A stretch of 64,000 bases of DNA. Origin: Diadema antillarum (lineage: Eukaryota). Positions 24,588 through 36,487 of the stretch are shown here, one piece after another (position 1 is the stretch's first letter; each line of letters opens with the position of its first letter). The translations under genes were made by a program, and so were the position numbers. The stretch lies in assembly GCF_040938485.1 (NCBI RefSeq), contig NW_027270907.1, positions 1,364,001 to 1,428,000 of the forward strand, given 5' to 3'. The notes below the pieces were generated by a model, which was not told the origin of the DNA, searched no databases, and saw only the letters and a list, made by a program, of their open reading frames with translations.

Positions 24588-25550
24588 TGAATTTCTTTCA
24601 TTAGACACCCATTCGATAGTAGAGCAATTAATCTTAACATTTTTGCCTATTAAAGGCCGTGTCACATCTTTACGGTCAAGCCGTTGGTGCGTTTAGCGAA
24701 GAACAATTTTTATTACCAGGAGGTCCACGCAGATGACCCTCATATGACAGTACCTAGCAAGTATCTCACGCGTAGTCGCCCGGAGGTGCACACGCAAACC
24801 CTTTTTATTCGCAACCATGTTCAGGCCCTGTCACACAATACGGGCTTTTCCAGCATGGGGATATTCCAGCATATGCCTACTGGACAATTTCTGAGGGCGG
24901 ATAAGGATTTGGGCGAGTTTTACATGTGTCTTACTTGCTGGACGCCTTCTACTTAAGTTCTACTTGCGGGTATTCTGTGTGACCTACGTGCCAGGCGCAT
25001 GGTAGGTGACAACTCAGTGAAGGAATTCCACTGAAGGAATGGCAGAAGTCCCACAGAATTTCATAATCTTGGCCGCAAACGGGGACTGCGAAGTTCCTGA
25101 GTGGGAGTTCCTTGCGAGTTATTGTCGCTATTCGGAAGGGCCTCCTCCTGGCGTTCTGCGTTGACCCTTGCGGACAATCCCCGCGATTCACCCGGAAAAA
25201 AAAAATAATTGGTCATGCTCAAAACTTGGCTGCTGGTAAATCGGACTTCTGTGCGCACCTCCGGGCAACTACGGGTGAGATACCCGCTAGGTACTGTCAC
25301 GTGCGGACCAATAGCTGGAAGGTCCGAGTAGCAAAAATTTTCCCCCTCAAGTCAACCCGCAATGCTTCCCCAAACAGGGTGTGACTGTGACAAGACCTTG
25401 AGCATGCTCAAAACTCGTTCCGGGTGAGTTGCGGGGGTTTGACCGCAGAGGTACACGCTGAACAGCAGTAGGAATACCTCGCAGGCAATTCCCACGCAGG
25501 TACTTCGCAGCTAACCCAGATACTTCGCAGTCCCCGTATGTCGATCGTTA

Positions 25551-27233
25551 AGGCGGTGTCACACCTGTCCGGGCAAGCTACGCGGGCTTGTGGCGAGGAG
25601 GTAGTTTAAAGCACGTAGAAGATTTTCCGCGGGCGGACAAGAATGTTTGCAATTTTCGCACTTGTTTCTTACTTACTAGACGCGTGCTACTTAGCTTCTA
25701 CTTGCGTGCGTTCCGTGTGACTCGCGTGAGAGCTTTGAAACCGATCCATTTTCTGTTACGAGCGACTTTCGGGAATTGCGAAGTACCTGCTTTGGAGTTG
25801 CCTGTGAGGTGCTACCGGTAAGGGTTTCCTACTTGTGTTCTGCGCGTACCTCTACGGGCAACTCCCGTGACTCTTCCGGAACAAGTTTTGAGCATGCTCA
25901 AGACCTTGTCATACCGTATCTGGGGAAGTTTTGCGGCTTGACTTGCGGGGAAACAAATTTGCTACCCGGAGCTCTCCGCAGTCGGCCCGAACTTGACAGT
26001 ACCTAGCACTTATCTCGTCCTTAGTTGCCCGAAGGTGCGCACGCTAGTCCAATTTTCCCGCAGCAAAGTTTTGAGCATGACCAAAACTATTTCCGGATGA
26101 GTCGCGAGGATTGCCCGAAGAGTTCCACGCAGAACACCCGTTGGAGGGCCGTAGCTGCCGCAATTCACAGGCATTTGACCCACTTGAAGTAGGTAAGTTG
26201 CCCGCTGATCTATGCCTATGTGAAGGGAGTGCGTGCCAGTTAGTGGGCTCATTCTCTTATTTGTCCTCTGTCCTCTGTGGCGTCGAGGACTATTCCTGGT
26301 CCCTTTCGGACAGGACTTCATCCACCGAATGGACTTCAGCAGCAATTTGATGCATTTGCTGTTAATCTTCCGGGCTTTGTGGCTGTCCATCCACTGGACG
26401 TTCTCTGCCCTTGTGCACTTTCCGTCTATACGGGGCATCTTCACTTCTTGAAAGCTAGTTGACAAATTATTGTTTGCCCATCCACTCGAACCAGCCTATT
26501 GTTCAGGCTAGCACTCACCTCGCAGGCGACTAGTACGCAGATAACAGTTGTGGCGCAGGTACTTCGCAGAGCCCGTATGTCGCCCGTAACAACTATCACG
26601 AAGCTATCACGTGACACCCACGCGCCTAACATGCAGTTAAACGGAATACACGCAAGAAGGACTTAGGTATCACGCGTTTATCATGTAATACCCACGCCAA
26701 ACTCGCCCTTAACCTTGTCCGGCCGCAGAAATTATTCTGCGTGCTGAAAAATCCCCATACGCAATAAGCCCGCTTAGCTGGTGTGACAGGGCCTTTTTTG
26801 GCAGCGGGTAAGTAGAGCCAGCGTGCGCACCTCCGGGTAACTACTTTTGAGATACATGCTAGGTAGGGGAGACCGGGTCTAGTTGTTACAATTTTCACAT
26901 TTTTAGGTCTGTACAAAAAACGAATAGAGGAATCGGCTTCATTTTTGCTTTGAGGATACCTTATTTCCTCCTTTAATTAAAAACAGTACAAACTTTGGAA
27001 GTCCAGATAGTATAAACAAGATATTACGTAATCAATAAACACAAAATTTTGTAACAACTTTCCCCGATGTTGGGGTAATTTGTTACAGCACATGGGGTAA
27101 TTTGTTACACCGTAGAAAGTCAACTCAAATCGGGTAATGCAGATCTGACGTGTTAGGTAATTCTTAATATTAACCTGTCTGGGTGTGCATGTTAGCCTAT
27201 GCTAGGGTGTATGAGTGTGTTGGGTGTGTGTGG

Positions 27234-27270
<37 letters not shown>

Positions 27271-27800
27271 ACCATAAATTCAATTGAAAGTGCATTGGGG
27301 TAAGTTGTTACACCACTCGGATTCTCCAGACGGGTCAAGTTGTTGTAACAACTTGACCCAGTGCGTTTTCAAAAACTTTTCACACGTGTGGCCAATAAAC
27401 AATCAAACATCACGTGTTGCTACTTTCACCAAAAGACTGCCAAAACACGCTTCTTTCAACCACATACTCATCACTTGCTGGAGAAGAATGGATTTGGTGT
27501 AATAAAGAAAAATCGAATTTTTCAAAATTTCAAAAAGTGTTTTTTGGATCTACTTTCTATATGTGACGTCCAGGCAACGCCAGATTTCGCATGCAGAGAT
27601 CGTTGGCTATACGTTTTGATTTGATATTACTTGTGGACGCCCTCTTTTGATCATAATAGAGAAAATGACAGTGTAACAACTTGCCCGTGTAACAACTAGA
27701 CCCGGTCTCCCCTACTGTCATGTGCGGGTCATCTGCGGGGACCTCCGGATAGCAAAAATGTTCTTCGGAAGTCGCACGCAAGGCTGGTGTGACACGGCCT
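25551..27800. mobile_element. Inner PIF/Harbinger element of the same family, inserted in inverted orientation, TTA TSD
   Basis: TTA|AGGCGGTGTCACACC ... GGTGTGACACGGCCT|TTA (14/15 TIR match). Its right arm is the reverse complement of 24654-24870 and its left arm of 27810-28018. Confidence 0.75.
26866..27712. mobile_element. 847-bp Tc1/mariner-pogo-like MITE, TA TSD, perfect 25-bp TIRs
   Basis: TA|GGGGAGACCGGGTCTAGTTGTTACA ... TGTAACAACTAGACCCGGTCTCCCC|TA. Removing it restores gctaggTActgtca as seen at ~25287-25300. Internal GGGGTAAxTTGTTACA repeats are present. Confidence 0.9.
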
Positions 27801-28731
27801 TTAGCCTGATAGCTGAAAATGGATCGGTTTCAGAGCTCTCACACAGATCTCAAGGAAATACACGCAAGTAATAGGTAAACAGCACGTCTTAAGCAGTAAG
27901 ACGTGTTCGCCCGCCAAAAAAAAACACAAAAAAACAAAAACAAAAACCCTCTGCGTGGTGAAAACCCCCTACTCGCACTAAACCCGCGTAGTTTACCCGG
28001 TAAGGTGTGACAGGACCTTAAAGCATTTCGCGAGATGACTAAAATATTCTCATAAATTTCTTGCAAGTATAACTACTGCGTCTGTCCAAAATTCAGAGAA
28101 AAATGGTAGCAAAACAGAACCCCCCCCCCCCGCACCAAAAGAACAAGGAAACAGAGAACAAGGTGAGAAAAAAAATCTTTTGGTCCGAAGTGATATTATT
28201 AATGTTTGCGCCTGACTACGACTATAAACTCTTTATCTCTTCATAGTGTATTTAAAAAATATGACTTACCTCGAGCTGTGCATGTCGATTTATTTATGCA
28301 TTCAAACACCAATTTGTCAAAATTGTCATAAGATGACTAATAGAGGCAATACAAAATATACTTTTGTCCAACATTCGACATTAAAAAAAAAAAACAGAAT
28401 TAGGACCCAGCTCACCCGGAAGGCATATTGAATACAATTGCCATCATACACTTGCCATATCAGTCAAGTCAGTAACTGGCGAAGGGACCGTGTGCGTTTC
28501 GTACAAGCTAATGGTATTCACTGAAACATGAAAAGGTCAATGAAACTTTATTTCTCATGACAACATTTGGGCACCCTTTGTTTCAAAGTTCAGCCGATGA
28601 ATAAACGGGTCTGTTATTTATCTTTTTTCTCTAAATGAATGCCATACTTTAATATGTGATTTCATTTTCAATTCAGATCTTAATTCTCCAATAAATTGAT
28701 AATATTCACCATAATGATTCTCTTCTTTAAT

Positions 28732-28890
28732 CCGGTCACCATTTTCATGAAAGTTTTTAGTGTCTAAAAGTTACTATAGTAACAGTCATGTCACCAGAGC
28801 TTCTCAACCAATCAAAACAAAGGATTTTACTGAAATCGTCAGAGACTGACAACCTGTCATGGCTGACAACTTTCATAAAACGGTGGCCAG
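28732..28890. mobile_element. Small (~160 bp) MITE with imperfect 23-24 bp TIRs
   Basis: CCGGTCACCATTTTCATGAAAGTT vs AACTTTCATAAAACGGTGGCCAG, with internal CTGACAAC repeats. Confidence 0.6.
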
Positions 28891-30882
28891 AATCTTCTGA
28901 TCGATCTAGAGATGAGATTTAACGTCTTACACAGCGTTCAATCAAAAGGAAAGCAAGACTAGTCATTACCCCTATTAAAGTTTCTTCGAATCAGCCACAT
29001 TGGGATAGTCCTGTACAAGACGATAATCTCAAGAAATGTTGTGAAATTTGCCAAGCCCGCCAATCAGTGAACCAGAAGGAGCTACATTCGCCCCATGACC
29101 TACCACCCCACCCCCCACCCCCTTGGATAAACTATAGCAACTGATGTTGCAGTGCTATATAGACGGTGAAAATTAGCGTCCCCATGACTGGATCACTACC
29201 AATATGCTGGTAGCAAGCGCTGTAAGTTTCTTTGGAGTACTCACTGTGTCAGACAGTGGATCCACGATAAAATCCTGTTATGGCGAGGTTGGATACAACA
29301 AGGATCGACTTTTAACTATGTATATCGTAGGGTCCAAACTATCTTTTTTCCTTCACGTGTTTTTTCATTTGAAATTGATTTTTCTTTTCCACAGATGAAT
29401 ATTGGTCCAGAAAAGAAAGAAAAAAAAAACTAAACAGCGTTAAGAACACCAGTTTGTACTGTAACGATCCTGGTAATGACAAAGTTGTTTTAAGCATTCT
29501 GATACAGCTTTCAGAAACAAGGTTGGTTGTTTGTTTGTTGTTGTGTGTTTTTTGTCTTTTCTTTCTTCCAGTGTTCATGTACAGGTAAATTGGTATCTTA
29601 AGCCATTCATATATATAGTCAGAAGTCATCAGTTACTGTAATCAAGATTTTTTTAAAGAAAAGTGGATGTTGTGCCATGTAACTGGACTATTTGCATCTG
29701 TTTATAACTGCACTATATCTCACGTGCATGCTTACGATGATGTAGCGCGTAGCTCTTGGCCGCGCGAATAAATCAATGAACCAGGCCAAAGGTGCGTCCT
29801 GAATTTATACGGTCTCTTTATTTCTCCTTCATAACGTATCCTCTCTTTGTGTACTATGTATGATAATTAATTTGTCAAACACACAATAACGTAACATTCA
29901 CAGCATGTTCTCTCTGCCAAACGGCCTCAACATACTCAAAACGACCACATTAGCAAAATAATTTGAAGTCGGACATCAAACTCGCATTGAGCTGTGAGAG
30001 TAGGTCCGAGAAGGTTTCGACAACGATCTTGATGAACATCGTTTCTGGTATTCGGGAAATAATAACGATACATACAATCATGTACGAAATCAACAAAATT
30101 ATACGCAGTCTCAGCAGATTTATTTGTCGCTAAAGCTAGCACTGTGGAACTTGAGCAGAATATATTTCCATATAAGTTCGGTGCAAGGGTAATTTTATTT
30201 CGTTTAATTTTCTTTTTTCTTTCCTTTCAATTTTTCCTTTCTTTGTTGTCTTTTCTTTTCCTTTATTTCCTTTATGGAGGAGTAAGTTTAAACAAATATT
30301 TGATGTTGCGACACCCTATACGCATATAGTAAAGGTCAAAGTTACACCACTGAGCCGTTTTATGACTTAAGATAATTTTATTTTCTGACTGGTCTATACT
30401 GAACAGCTACTTGCTTTTACATGTATCATTTGAAGTTTTGAGTCAAATTACATTTTCTGACTGTTAGGATATCAAATTTAGCAATGGATTTAAAGACAAA
30501 TGGCTTTCTCATGCATCAACTGTGTGGACATTTACAAAAGATAAAGAAAACAGATTAAACCGGTTACAGGTCATATTCGAATAACAGCATAGCCAATAGC
30601 ATGCATGTAAACCATGTCAGATCACATGAAAATCAGTTTCATAATATATATTATGTATTTTCCATGAAATGTATCAAAAATCGACTTTAAAGCGATAAAA
30701 CAGAAATATAGTTAAACATAGAAAGACAGAAACCGGACCCCAACGATGAGAATGTGCAAACACATTTTTCACTTCCAATAGGTCCTTAATGAAACAAGAT
30801 ATATTTTCTACTGATCATGTGATACTATGCTACAAGTATGTACCATTATTTTGACGTTTGTGTCATCCATGTATATTGTTTG

Positions 30883-31062
30883 NNNNNNNNNNNNNNNNNN
30901 NNNNNNNNNNNNNNNNNNNNNNNNNNNNNNNNNNNNNNNNNNNNNNNNNNNNNNNNNNNNNNNNNNNNNNNNNNNNNNNNNNNNNNNNNNNNNNNNNNNN
31001 NNNNNNNNNNNNNNNNNNNNNNNNNNNNNNNNNNNNNNNNNNNNNNNNNNNNNNNNNNNNNN
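30883..31062. other. Assembly gap (180 N)
   Basis: Run of N. Confidence 1.
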
Positions 31063-32097
31063 TCACCTTCTGAATTGTGGAAGCGGGAGTGACTGGACCG
31101 TAGCACGCCGTTAATGACGGGATACCGATCTGGAAGTTTGTTCTTTTTTATTCAATTTTATGTTTTTTTTCAAATCCAACAAAGAGTGAAAAACAATACA
31201 AAGCATGCTTTTCACAATCACATCGATTTTGATGAATTTGAGGAAAAAATACATAACGCAACGTGGATCGTAAGGTCGCTTATGATAACATAACACCAAT
31301 TCATATTTTGAACGGTTGAGCGAAAAGTATATGGAAATGAGTGGTCCATTAAATAGCAAGGTTTGCAGTACGTGGATCACTCAAAACTTAACATACGAAA
31401 AACGTAATATGTCACTAAACATCGTCATCACATACTGCAATTATTCAAAAGTGCAAAAATTGCAAATTCAGACTAATCTAACAATGTTACAACCTGCACG
31501 CACTATTCGCTGAGCCGTGTGTACCAAACAAAAGAATGGTGGGAAAAAAAAACAACAACTCATAATACTAGATACCAATACATACAAACATGCGCATGCA
31601 CATACCCACACAAACTGAATCATGAATGTGTAAATTAATTTTCTGACTTGAACAAATAAATAAAAGACACTCAAAGGGCATAATTTATATGATTATATTT
31701 TCATCAGACAGCTTATTGCCCATAACAAAATTATGTATTCTCGAAGAGAATCAGTAGAGGCTTTCCTGTCCCATTAATCACTTAATCCTGTTTCCATGTT
31801 TTGACAAAGATCTGAATCGAAGTCTGCAATATAGGGTTCCTCTGTTTATCCAGGAATATGTATATCATTTCTGTAAGGGCTCTCCCCTATATCTCTTTCT
31901 CTCTCCCCCCCCCCCCCCCCTCTCTCTCTCTCTCACTCTCTCTCTCTCTCTCTTTTACTTTTTCTCTCTTTTGCGCTCTGTCTTCAACATCTGCGCGATA
32001 CTACACATCAGCTGACAAGATCTCATTTTTGATTGGTTCGGCTCTTGTTATGTTGTTACGTTCATCTTCCATTTGCAAGAGAAACCAGTCGACAATT

Positions 32098-32130
<33 letters not shown>

Positions 32131-33788
32131 ACCTTGAGAGGTCGTAAAGCTATAGACGTACATGGTCATTCACCCACTATAAAGCGGGCGTTTTGTTACA
32201 TCTCCATATACCAGAAATAATATTTCCGAACATCAATATTATGGGCCCTTCCTCTTGTAAAGACATGAAAGAGAAAAAGAGAACATCGAAATACAGTAGA
32301 TGGCAAATTACTTTCCACAAGATGCTAGCATTTTATATCTGTCCATCTTTGCCGAGATTCGAGCCCATTAGGGTTGACTTTGCATCTATTCTTGATTGTA
32401 TTGATACGCGGGCATCTTTGAGAATGTTACTGCCGCCGATATTGATGTTCGCAGTCGATGTTGTTCATGTTTTCTCATGTTATTGAAGTAATCTTACTCA
32501 CTTATTACAACCTCAGCAAGTATATTGATAGAGTTCTTTTGTACGGAGTTAAAAGCATTTACATTCTTAGCCATCTTTCAAGCGTATGAATCAAGTATCA
32601 ATGAAAGTCTGAGAATTTTCCTCAACTTTCTTCCTTTTGTCCCTTATCTGTCCCCCACCCCTCTCTTCAAAAAGCAACTCTTATCTCTTACAAAGATATT
32701 CTTCAAATGTTATCCTCGCCTCGGTTGGTCAATGATGCTTCATCTACATCATGGAATGTCTTAATGGTTTTCATGTCTATCGTTTGCCTATAACTTATTA
32801 CTTGTTTGAAAACAAGTCAACCACTGACTAAAACAACAAAAGAGAGGACAGATTTCAGTCGCGGCCTGACTTACCCCCCCCCCCCCACACACACACACAA
32901 AAAAACAAACAAAAAACAAAACAAAAGCAGAACAGAACAAAAACGCGCAACACGAGGAGATTTGATAACATCTCATAGACGCATTTGATTGGCTGGTTTC
33001 ATTGAACGTTTTGAAGCGTTATTCGTCCATTTTCTCGGCAAAATCTCCCCTTCTAGAAAAAAGAAAGAAAGAATAGTGATAATGACAATTATGATTTAAA
33101 TGATAATAACAATGATAAATAAGAAACGTTAAAGACGGGTATAAGTTGCCTTAACCGATAACTTGGTTTTCAGATGTGGCATTGGTCTTCTCAAGTGTTT
33201 CCAATCTTGGAAAGAGTACAAGCGCCAGGCTATATCGACTCTCTAGGACGTCTTGGAGGTCTGGTGGTGAGCAGAAAAGATTCCAAGATTCATATCCGTC
33301 ATGTCCCTTTTTTCCACTTGCTATCGGTGGTTTTTGTGCTGAGGGAACGTATTCAAAAGGATATCCGCATCTTGTATCACTGATAATTATTGTATTCTTC
33401 TATGTTCGTCTTCAAAGGTATTCTCTTCCAAAATTTCTTTTATATTGTAATTTCGATGTTTGTTCAATGTACACTGTAAATTTGTATTTAGATATGATTA
33501 GTTTCTTGGCAATGCAACTAGGTTACTTACTTGCTCACTCGCTAATTTGCTACAAATACTTTCGACTGACCAAATTGATTAGTGAAAGACACTGTACCCA
33601 GCCTAAGGGTGGTTTACCTAATAAACACTAATTTGGTACAAGTAAGTTAAGACTTGATAAAAACTGAATTCCAAATTAGCTAGCAAAAGAAAAATGCAAT
33701 TTGTATTACTACTTTGGAATAGAATTTAAAGCGTCAGAACAACCGTAACCAATTCAAGGACTTTCAAGTATTTCCCCAACCATGCCTA

Positions 33789-34141
33789 GGGCGGTGAGTT
33801 GGCTCAGTCGGTAGCGCGTCTGCCTCACGATCACGCGGCCCGGGTTCGAACCCGAGTCTGGACTGAGCAATGTTGTGTGTAAACATACCGTTCCCTCTAG
33901 CAAGAGGCAAAACACTCTGTCCCTCGGATAGGACATAAAATGGAGGTCCCGTGTATGAGAGAGTCACAGCTCATGCACGTAAAAGATCCCGCTTCATTCA
34001 TTCATCGCAAAGAGCAGGGTGTCTAACCCGGTGAAGTGGTCCTACCCCACATCCAACTGGACCTCATGGAAGACCAGCTTAGTGTAGCTGAATATGGGCT
34101 ATCCAGCCATCTTCACAGATGGAAAATGAACAACAACAACA
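33789..34141 (+). mobile_element. tRNA-derived SINE with Deu (DeuSINE-type) core and (CAA)n tail
   Basis: A box TGGCTCAGTCGG (33800-33811) and B box GGTTCGAACCC (33843-33853). Core GGATAGGACATAAAATGGAGGTCCC...CACGTAAAAGATCCC...AAGAGCAGGGTGTCTAACCCGGTG resembles the Deu-domain consensus as I recall it. CAA tail at ~34129-34141. Confidence 0.8.
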
Positions 34142-34825
34142 AGAAAAGAAATTCCTTCTGATGACGGTTATTCCTGCTGTGTTCGGGAATATAATACTGT
34201 GGTATATTATGGATCTATGTAAGAAATACAAATTTAAAAGGACAAGCTGTGTTAACGACTTTAAGTAGACTGTTGTAAAAAAAAAAGGAATGGCTTCTTT
34301 TCTAACAATGCAAAGCAATAGGAAACAAAGAAACATCTCCGATATGAAAAAGAAAATACCTTTCATATCGTTAATATTTTTTCTTAATAAATGTGATTAG
34401 AGATACCAGTTGCATCCATGTTTCTAAAGTCTTTCAGCATTACGTATTTTAATCATTATGTCCGCTTATTATTTTGCCACACTCATTTTCTGATTACTAT
34501 TGTTATAACGTAAATAGATTTCTCCAAAAAAAAAAAAAAGAAAACTAGTGTTGACCATATTCAAGCCAAGTGCTGCTCATATTTCAGTTACGACACTTGC
34601 AAAACGTTGCTTTAAAAGTATCATTCTCTTAAACAGGTCAAAGTTTGATAACGCTGGTTATGATAATCTTGGAGGTCAGAATCATACAAACAATCCTACT
34701 AAAGAGAAAAACAAATCCACCAAGTTCAATATGTAACCATGTCTGATTGCAATTCTCATTTCTTTGCCTAATTTGATCTCTATCCAGGATATTTTCTTTC
34801 GAAAATCAACTTGAGTAGGCACAGC

Positions 34826-36163
34826 ATGGCTACACACGATGCATTTATCATTTTCGTGACCTTGCTGGTAACACTTTGCAGAATGTCTGCTCAGAACTCG
34901 ACATCCGTCAACTATCCGGAAGTAGAGACAACCACAACACCCGAAGTTGGTGTTGCTGCTCAAAATTCAACAGTCACATCAAGGGGCTCTTTAGGAACCA
35001 CCGTTCTGCAACGGACAACGTCTGTTGTAGAGTTGGAAACAGAAATATTGTCGCTTGGAGTCGAGAATGGACGCTCATCTTACAAGCCCGGAGAGGGTCA
35101 GATGGACACAACACATCACGATGATATTAGAGAACAGCGGAGCAGTGAAATTCATACGCCACCTTATCCCATCGCTGATTGGGTGTGGCAGCCGATCACG
35201 TGGTCTTTGCGATTGGCAATCCAAGTTTTCTCGTCAGTGCTGGGCACTAGCGGGAACGCGCTTGTCATGGCAATTCTGTTACGTCGCGGAGTGGAAAGGA
35301 ACTCCGCCGACACTCTCGTCGGGAATCTTGCCGTAGCGGACTTTCTGACCTCCGTCTTTCTTTTCCCGATCCCGGTTGCGGTCCATGTCCCGAAAACAGC
35401 CATGGGGGAAATGTACTGCCGAGTTATTTTTACCTCATTCTTCCTGTGGGTAAGCATCTTGAGCTCAATCTTCACGCTGACTGCCGCATCGGTGGAGCGA
35501 TATGCCGCAGTGGTCCACCCCATCCGTTGGAGCCGCTACAAGAGACGCCAACACGTGAATGTTTGTCTCGTCTTCATCTGGTTTGCTGCTACGGGCTTGA
35601 CCACCGATCTCCTACTAGGAACCGGCGTTGACGAGGAGTCGAGGTCTTGCCAAGTTGAGCATCCAACCAATGCGGGGCAGATCTTCTTGGCAACGGTTTC
35701 TTTCATTTTGGGATTCGTGATTCCCGTCTTGACAATGCTAGTAACACAACTTTTGGCTGCTCGCGCTCTCTACACTCAGTCCAAACGTTTTACGGGGACC
35801 TGCAAACGTGGTGACCAATCTACCGCATCATCACTCAGACATATCGTAGCCATGAATCGAGTCTTGCGAATACTCCTGATACTGATCATTATCTGCATTG
35901 TGTGCTGGGGTCCGAACGCCACTTCTTTCTTCCTGTATAATGTGCATGTTATTGACCCCAGTTTTCTTTATGGACCAGTTGACCGTGTGCTTGTGATGCT
36001 GTCCCTGTTCAACTCCTGCGCCAATCCCGTCGTGTATTTGGTGTGGAATGCGCCATTCCGCGCAGCTGTCGTGAGGTTCTTCACCTGCACCAAGATAAGC
36101 AATAACGCCCTCTTCGGTTTGCAGGAAGAATCAACCCGGAATACCCACGTCGAAAATGTTTAA
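34826..36163 (+). CDS. Intronless class A GPCR, copy 4 (445 aa), closest to copy 3
   Basis: ERY, CWGP, NSCANPVVY. The TM4-ECL2-TM5 peptide WFAATGLTTDLLLGTGVDEESRSCQVEHPTNAGQIFLATVSFI is identical to copy 3. Confidence 0.93.
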   Translation: MATHDAFIIFVTLLVTLCRMSAQNSTSVNYPEVETTTTPEVGVAAQNSTVTSRGSLGTTVLQRTTSVVELETEILSLGVENGRSSYKPGEGQMDTTHHDDIREQRSSEIHTPPYPIADWVWQPITWSLRLAIQVFSSVLGTSGNALVMAILLRRGVERNSADTLVGNLAVADFLTSVFLFPIPVAVHVPKTAMGEMYCRVIFTSFFLWVSILSSIFTLTAASVERYAAVVHPIRWSRYKRRQHVNVCLVFIWFAATGLTTDLLLGTGVDEESRSCQVEHPTNAGQIFLATVSFILGFVIPVLTMLVTQLLAARALYTQSKRFTGTCKRGDQSTASSLRHIVAMNRVLRILLILIIICIVCWGPNATSFFLYNVHVIDPSFLYGPVDRVLVMLSLFNSCANPVVYLVWNAPFRAAVVRFFTCTKISNNALFGLQEESTRNTHVENV

Positions 36164-36423
36164 TGAATCGGTTATACATCTTAGCACAAACATGTCAACA
36201 ACACCGTTTCCCCTGAAGAATGTTGAAATCTGCCAAAAGGAAAATCAACATCTAAAATTTGATCAGTTATTAGTACTCTCGACACATACTTCGTTGTTTT
36301 CATCACTTTTGTGCAAGTAACTGCCAGACAAACAAGAATCATGTTAAAAAAAAAATGAGTTTGATGCGATGTCTAATATGTGGCCTTGGGATGAAGAAAT
36401 TAGAGCCAGAAGGAGAAAGTTTA

Positions 36424-36424
<1 letters not shown>

Positions 36425-36464
<40 letters not shown>

Positions 36465-36487
36465 GAGAAAGAGAGAGAGAGAGAGAA
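36425..36487. repeat. (GA)n-rich microsatellite
   Basis: Directly visible. Confidence 0.95.

Larger units (their letters stand above)
18540..24650. repeat. Duplication unit of copy 3, paralogous to 30420-36170 (copy 4 unit)
   Basis: Collinear blocks: 18580-19010 vs 30440-30880, 19120-20230 vs 31065-31680, 20310-22150 vs 31790-33600 and 22700-22900 vs 34310-34520, then the CDSs. Confidence 0.85.
24654..28018. mobile_element. Outer non-autonomous PIF/Harbinger element (~1.1 kb net of nested insertions), TAA target-site duplication
   Basis: TAA|AGGCCGTGTCACA ... TGTGACAGGACCT|TAA. The host 3' flank resumes after it (aagcatttcg..., as in copy 2 at ~16655). Confidence 0.8.

Noticed and set aside
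24684-26916. Many 60-150 aa ORFs within the foldback element
   Set aside because: GC-richer repetitive MITE sequence with no transposase or Myb motifs recognised.
30827-31114. ORFs spanning N runs (also 42000..42500 and 47525..48034)
   Set aside because: Open only because N codons contain no stops.
33789-33860. tRNA gene (Val-like)
   Set aside because: The anticodon and acceptor stems do not pair and the sequence continues into a SINE core and tail, so it is a SINE head.
36150-36163. C-terminal PDZ-binding motif (ENV/KNV/RNV)
   Set aside because: Not conserved (copies 2 and 3 end in KA) and too short to support.
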